DNA from: Halocafeteria seosinensis
Taxonomy: Eukaryota
Reading direction: 5' to 3'
Assembly (NCBI GenBank): GCA_001687465.1
Contig: LVLI01000287.1
Location: forward strand, 1 to 47,063
DNA length: 47,063 nucleotides
Position numbers and translations under genes: made by a program. The notes under the pieces were generated by a model. The model saw only the letters and a list, made by a program, of their open reading frames with translations. It made no database searches and was not told the origin of the DNA. Numbering within the stretch: the stretch's first letter is position 1; each line of letters begins with the position of its first letter. This document shows positions 44,424 to 47,063 of the stretch, piece after piece.

Positions 44424-46893
44424 TTTTTTTTTTTTTTTTTCGCTGCATCATGTACCATGGTAGTGTGTATTGTTGATGATCTTGGAATATTACTGATCAA
44501 AGGTAGAAGCATAAACAGCTACACCACCTCTCTCTCTCTGGGTAAGACTAACTGAAGCCATCTGCAGAGTAAGTTGACATTGGACCGCATAAGCCGACAA
44601 GACAACCCTTCACGAAGACATTCCACATGCATGTACCATTTCTTAGGGTGAGATACATGAAGAGAAGCGGGCCGATGTTTAAGCTGAGATAGGAAATCTA
44701 CCGCATCCTCTCCTATACCACCATATGATTGAAACGCAAAGGGGGTTAACTTCTTTCCAAGTTCTTGACAGACTGCCCCATATTTATGAACTTTCATCCG
44801 TTCCACCACTCGAGTAGCTGCGGCAGTACGAAGGTTTTGTTGGATACTCACCGCAGAAGGTTGAGTGACAGATACGTCCACTATAACAGGACAATCTGAC
44901 TGGATTACTTCAAGATCTCCCCTATGTCGACTCCCGGTTTGAATCAGCGGTTCCTTCTCCACAGGAAAACCCCATGAAACCAAACCCCCAATAAGGGTAT
45001 CCCGGAGCTGATTATGCCGTTCGACTCGCGCCCTTTGGATGTCAGCATAAGCACACTTAAAAGCATGAGAACCAACACCGTCAATCAAATGATCACAGAG
45101 AGGGCACAAAACCGGAATTGGCTGTCTCGTAAGCGGCAATCCAAGTCTCAATCTCACCCCAATTCTCCATTGCAAGTCCGAAAATTTCTTAGCAGAAGAA
45201 GTAGGCGAAGCCCGAAGCCAATCATGCGCCCCAACCTGTTGTACTGCCTTCACTCTCGCTTTTACATACTCCGGTTGCTCTCGAAGAAACCGATTCAATG
45301 ATCCTCGAACAGTTTGGTCCACCATAGATTTCTGCTGTTTACGGGTAGGAGCTTTTTCCCTCGGATCATCTTTTGAAATATCCACATCCTGTCTCCGAAG
45401 ATCCTGAACAAGCGAACTTCGCTCTTCCCCCTCAAAACCAACCCCTGATTCCCATACCGATGCCACATAGGCAGGGGGAGATGTCATAGACACCTTCGTG
45501 AGTCCTAATCCACCGTAACGAAGTGGTAACCGCCACTGAAGGCAGCTGCCAAACACCTGATCATCCTGGAAATAATCCGTCCCAAGCAGCGAGCGAGCAA
45601 CTTCCAACACCGAATTATCAAATTCCACAGTTGCAGCTTTCCTATGCCATGGCGGAACTGTACGTAGCAGATGATTCAGCGCCGGAATTATCGATTCCCT
45701 GAGGAGGATATACCGGCACTGTACAGGAACTGCAGTTTCAGTCCTCGCCATGATCAACTTTCGCAACTCTTGAACCTTAGACAGACACCACCTTTCTTCA
45801 AAATCAGGGACACCAATCGGAGTACCTAAGACCACAATACCATCCCTCTTCCTGAGGAACTGACTCCCCCACCGGAAGCAAGAGCTCCGATTTGGAAGTG
45901 TTTACTCTTAGTCCACTAAATTCAGCCAAGTCGCTGAATCTACGGGCAAAAGCCACCAAATCTTCTGCGGGGCCTGCCGCCGACACATCATCCAAGTAAG
46001 CATTGACTTGCACAGCTGGAAACTCCTGCCCAAGCTGTTCCAACACACCCTGAATACCAGCGGCGAATAACGCTGGCCCAAGGGGATCTCCCTGTCGGAC
46101 TCCTTCTTTCGAGAAGGCCAAAAAATCTTCGTGGAAATACAAAGGAGAAGCATACCAATAAGCCCATTCAAAGTAAGGCAACATTCCGGGCAGCCTCTCC
46201 TTAATCACTTGCCTGACCTTCTCCCTGCTGATAGAGTTAAATGCATTTTGGATATCCAGAGTGAGGACCGCGTGTCCCTTGTGGAATTGCTTGCGGATAG
46301 CATGCGCAATTTTTTCCGTCGCTCCGGGCTCCTTTACACCTAATTGTAAGGGTTTAAGGAAATCGGGTAGCTCTCTCTTCTGGTGTTGTAGAAGGACTTT
46401 TGCCGCCAAACGGGAAATCGTTTCCCCTATAGCAATCGGTCTCACTTTCCACCGAGTCTTAACCAACGGAACAAGGCGGGCGGCTGTAAGTCTCTTCCAA
46501 TTTGGCTCCTTGCCATTCAGGATCCTATTGACAATGGTGGAGAGGGCCTGTATACCTTCCTCAGTAGCAGACAATTTTTTCAAATCTTGGACTGTAATTC
46601 CCGAGCACACACACAAATGTGACAGATAGCCCACCGGCCGGGAAGTTGACCACATCCTCCCGAGGGGCCGGGAGCAGTGTCATGATGCATCTCAAAGAGC
46701 TCTTTTTTGATCCGAGAGAGGGGAACATCCCACTCATCCATAGTCACATCCTCTGATTCCCCAAAAGGTTCCATGGGTTCGGGATTCATATCTCGTAGCT
46801 GTTTCCTGACAGACGGCTTATCCGGTGCCATTCCCCACGAGGTAAGCTCATTCGACGCCTTACGAATAGAGCCACCCTCAAGTTCAGCCTGAG
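44424..46893 (-). mobile_element. 5'-truncated, inactivated CRE-like non-LTR retrotransposon (RT + CCHC + RLE endonuclease) with poly(A) tail
   Basis: TAPGPSG/ITVQDL, KVRPIAIGE, LDIQNAFNSI, GVRQGDPLGP, AYLDD, GGLGL, CPLC..HAFKC, RHNQLRD, RGDL..VDVSV and KVHKY. T17 at 44424-44440 is the minus-strand poly(A). Frameshift near 45840 and insertion at 46606-46657. Confidence 0.93.
46606..46657 (-). mobile_element. 52-bp 3'-end retro-insertion nested in the CRE RT
   Basis: CACACACACAAATGTGACAGATAGCCCACCGGCCGGGAAGTTGACCACATCC with 7-bp TSD TCCCGAG (46599-46605 / 46658-46664). Removing it restores TAPGPSGITVQDLKKL. Confidence 0.95.
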
Positions 46894-47063
46894 CAGATTG
46901 TCCTGTTATAGTGGACATATCTGTCACTCAACCTTCTGCGGTGAGTACCCAACAAAACCTTCGTACTGCCGCAGCTACTCGAGTGGTGGAACGGATGAAA
47001 GTTCATAAATATGGGGCAGTCTGTCAAGAACTTGGAAAGAAGTTAATCCCCTTTGCGTTTCAA
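46894..47063 (+). mobile_element. Inverted 3' fragment (RLE region) of the same CRE family, running off the right edge
   Basis: Reverse complement of 44729-44898 with 3 mismatches in 170 bp. Confidence 0.93.

Noticed and set aside
44865..44874. GTGACAGATA in the CRE element (and its inverse near 46917) matching the micro-insertion core
   Set aside because: It is in-frame coding sequence (VDVSVT) with no tail or TSD; a chance 10-mer.
7500..46657. Recurring ~45-bp motif as CRISPR repeat, spliced-leader relic or telomeric repeat
   Set aside because: Copies are dispersed, in both orientations, variably truncated on one side, mostly flanked by TSDs, and not at gene 5' ends; there is no spacer array or tandem organisation.

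Overview
Gene-dense eukaryotic DNA, probably a protist (SAR-like gene set, taxon not provable from this window). It uses the standard code and short GT-AG introns of about 60-90 nt. Intact genes include two mitochondrial-type helical-repeat proteins, an LRR protein, FAM241-like, glycosyltransferase-like, AP2-like, PAP2 phosphatase, RadA/Sms, TRPC4AP and a SAM methyltransferase. These are interrupted by islands of mobile or decayed DNA: CRE-like non-LTR retrotransposons at both ends and a viral-type C5 DNA methyltransferase pseudogene. The standout is 6.0-16.8 kb. A RanBP1-domain/phosphoethanolamine N-methyltransferase gene is split across a ~1.6-1.8 kb direct duplication whose copies have decayed in complementary halves: the left copy is good 5' and broken 3', the right copy is broken 5' and good 3'. 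The halves meet at a 293-bp perfectly identical core repeated 8,610 bp apart. An intact 539-aa ORF requires either DNA excision between the cores or one 8.7-kb intron. The intervening DNA carries an intronless 1230-aa tandem Schlafen/AlbA_2 + degenerate NTPase (SAMD9-like) gene. A family of 3'-anchored, (TG)n-tailed retro-insertions (six of 23-179 bp, five with clear 7-10 bp TSDs) occurs only in non-functional DNA; a longer relative retains a chromodomain.
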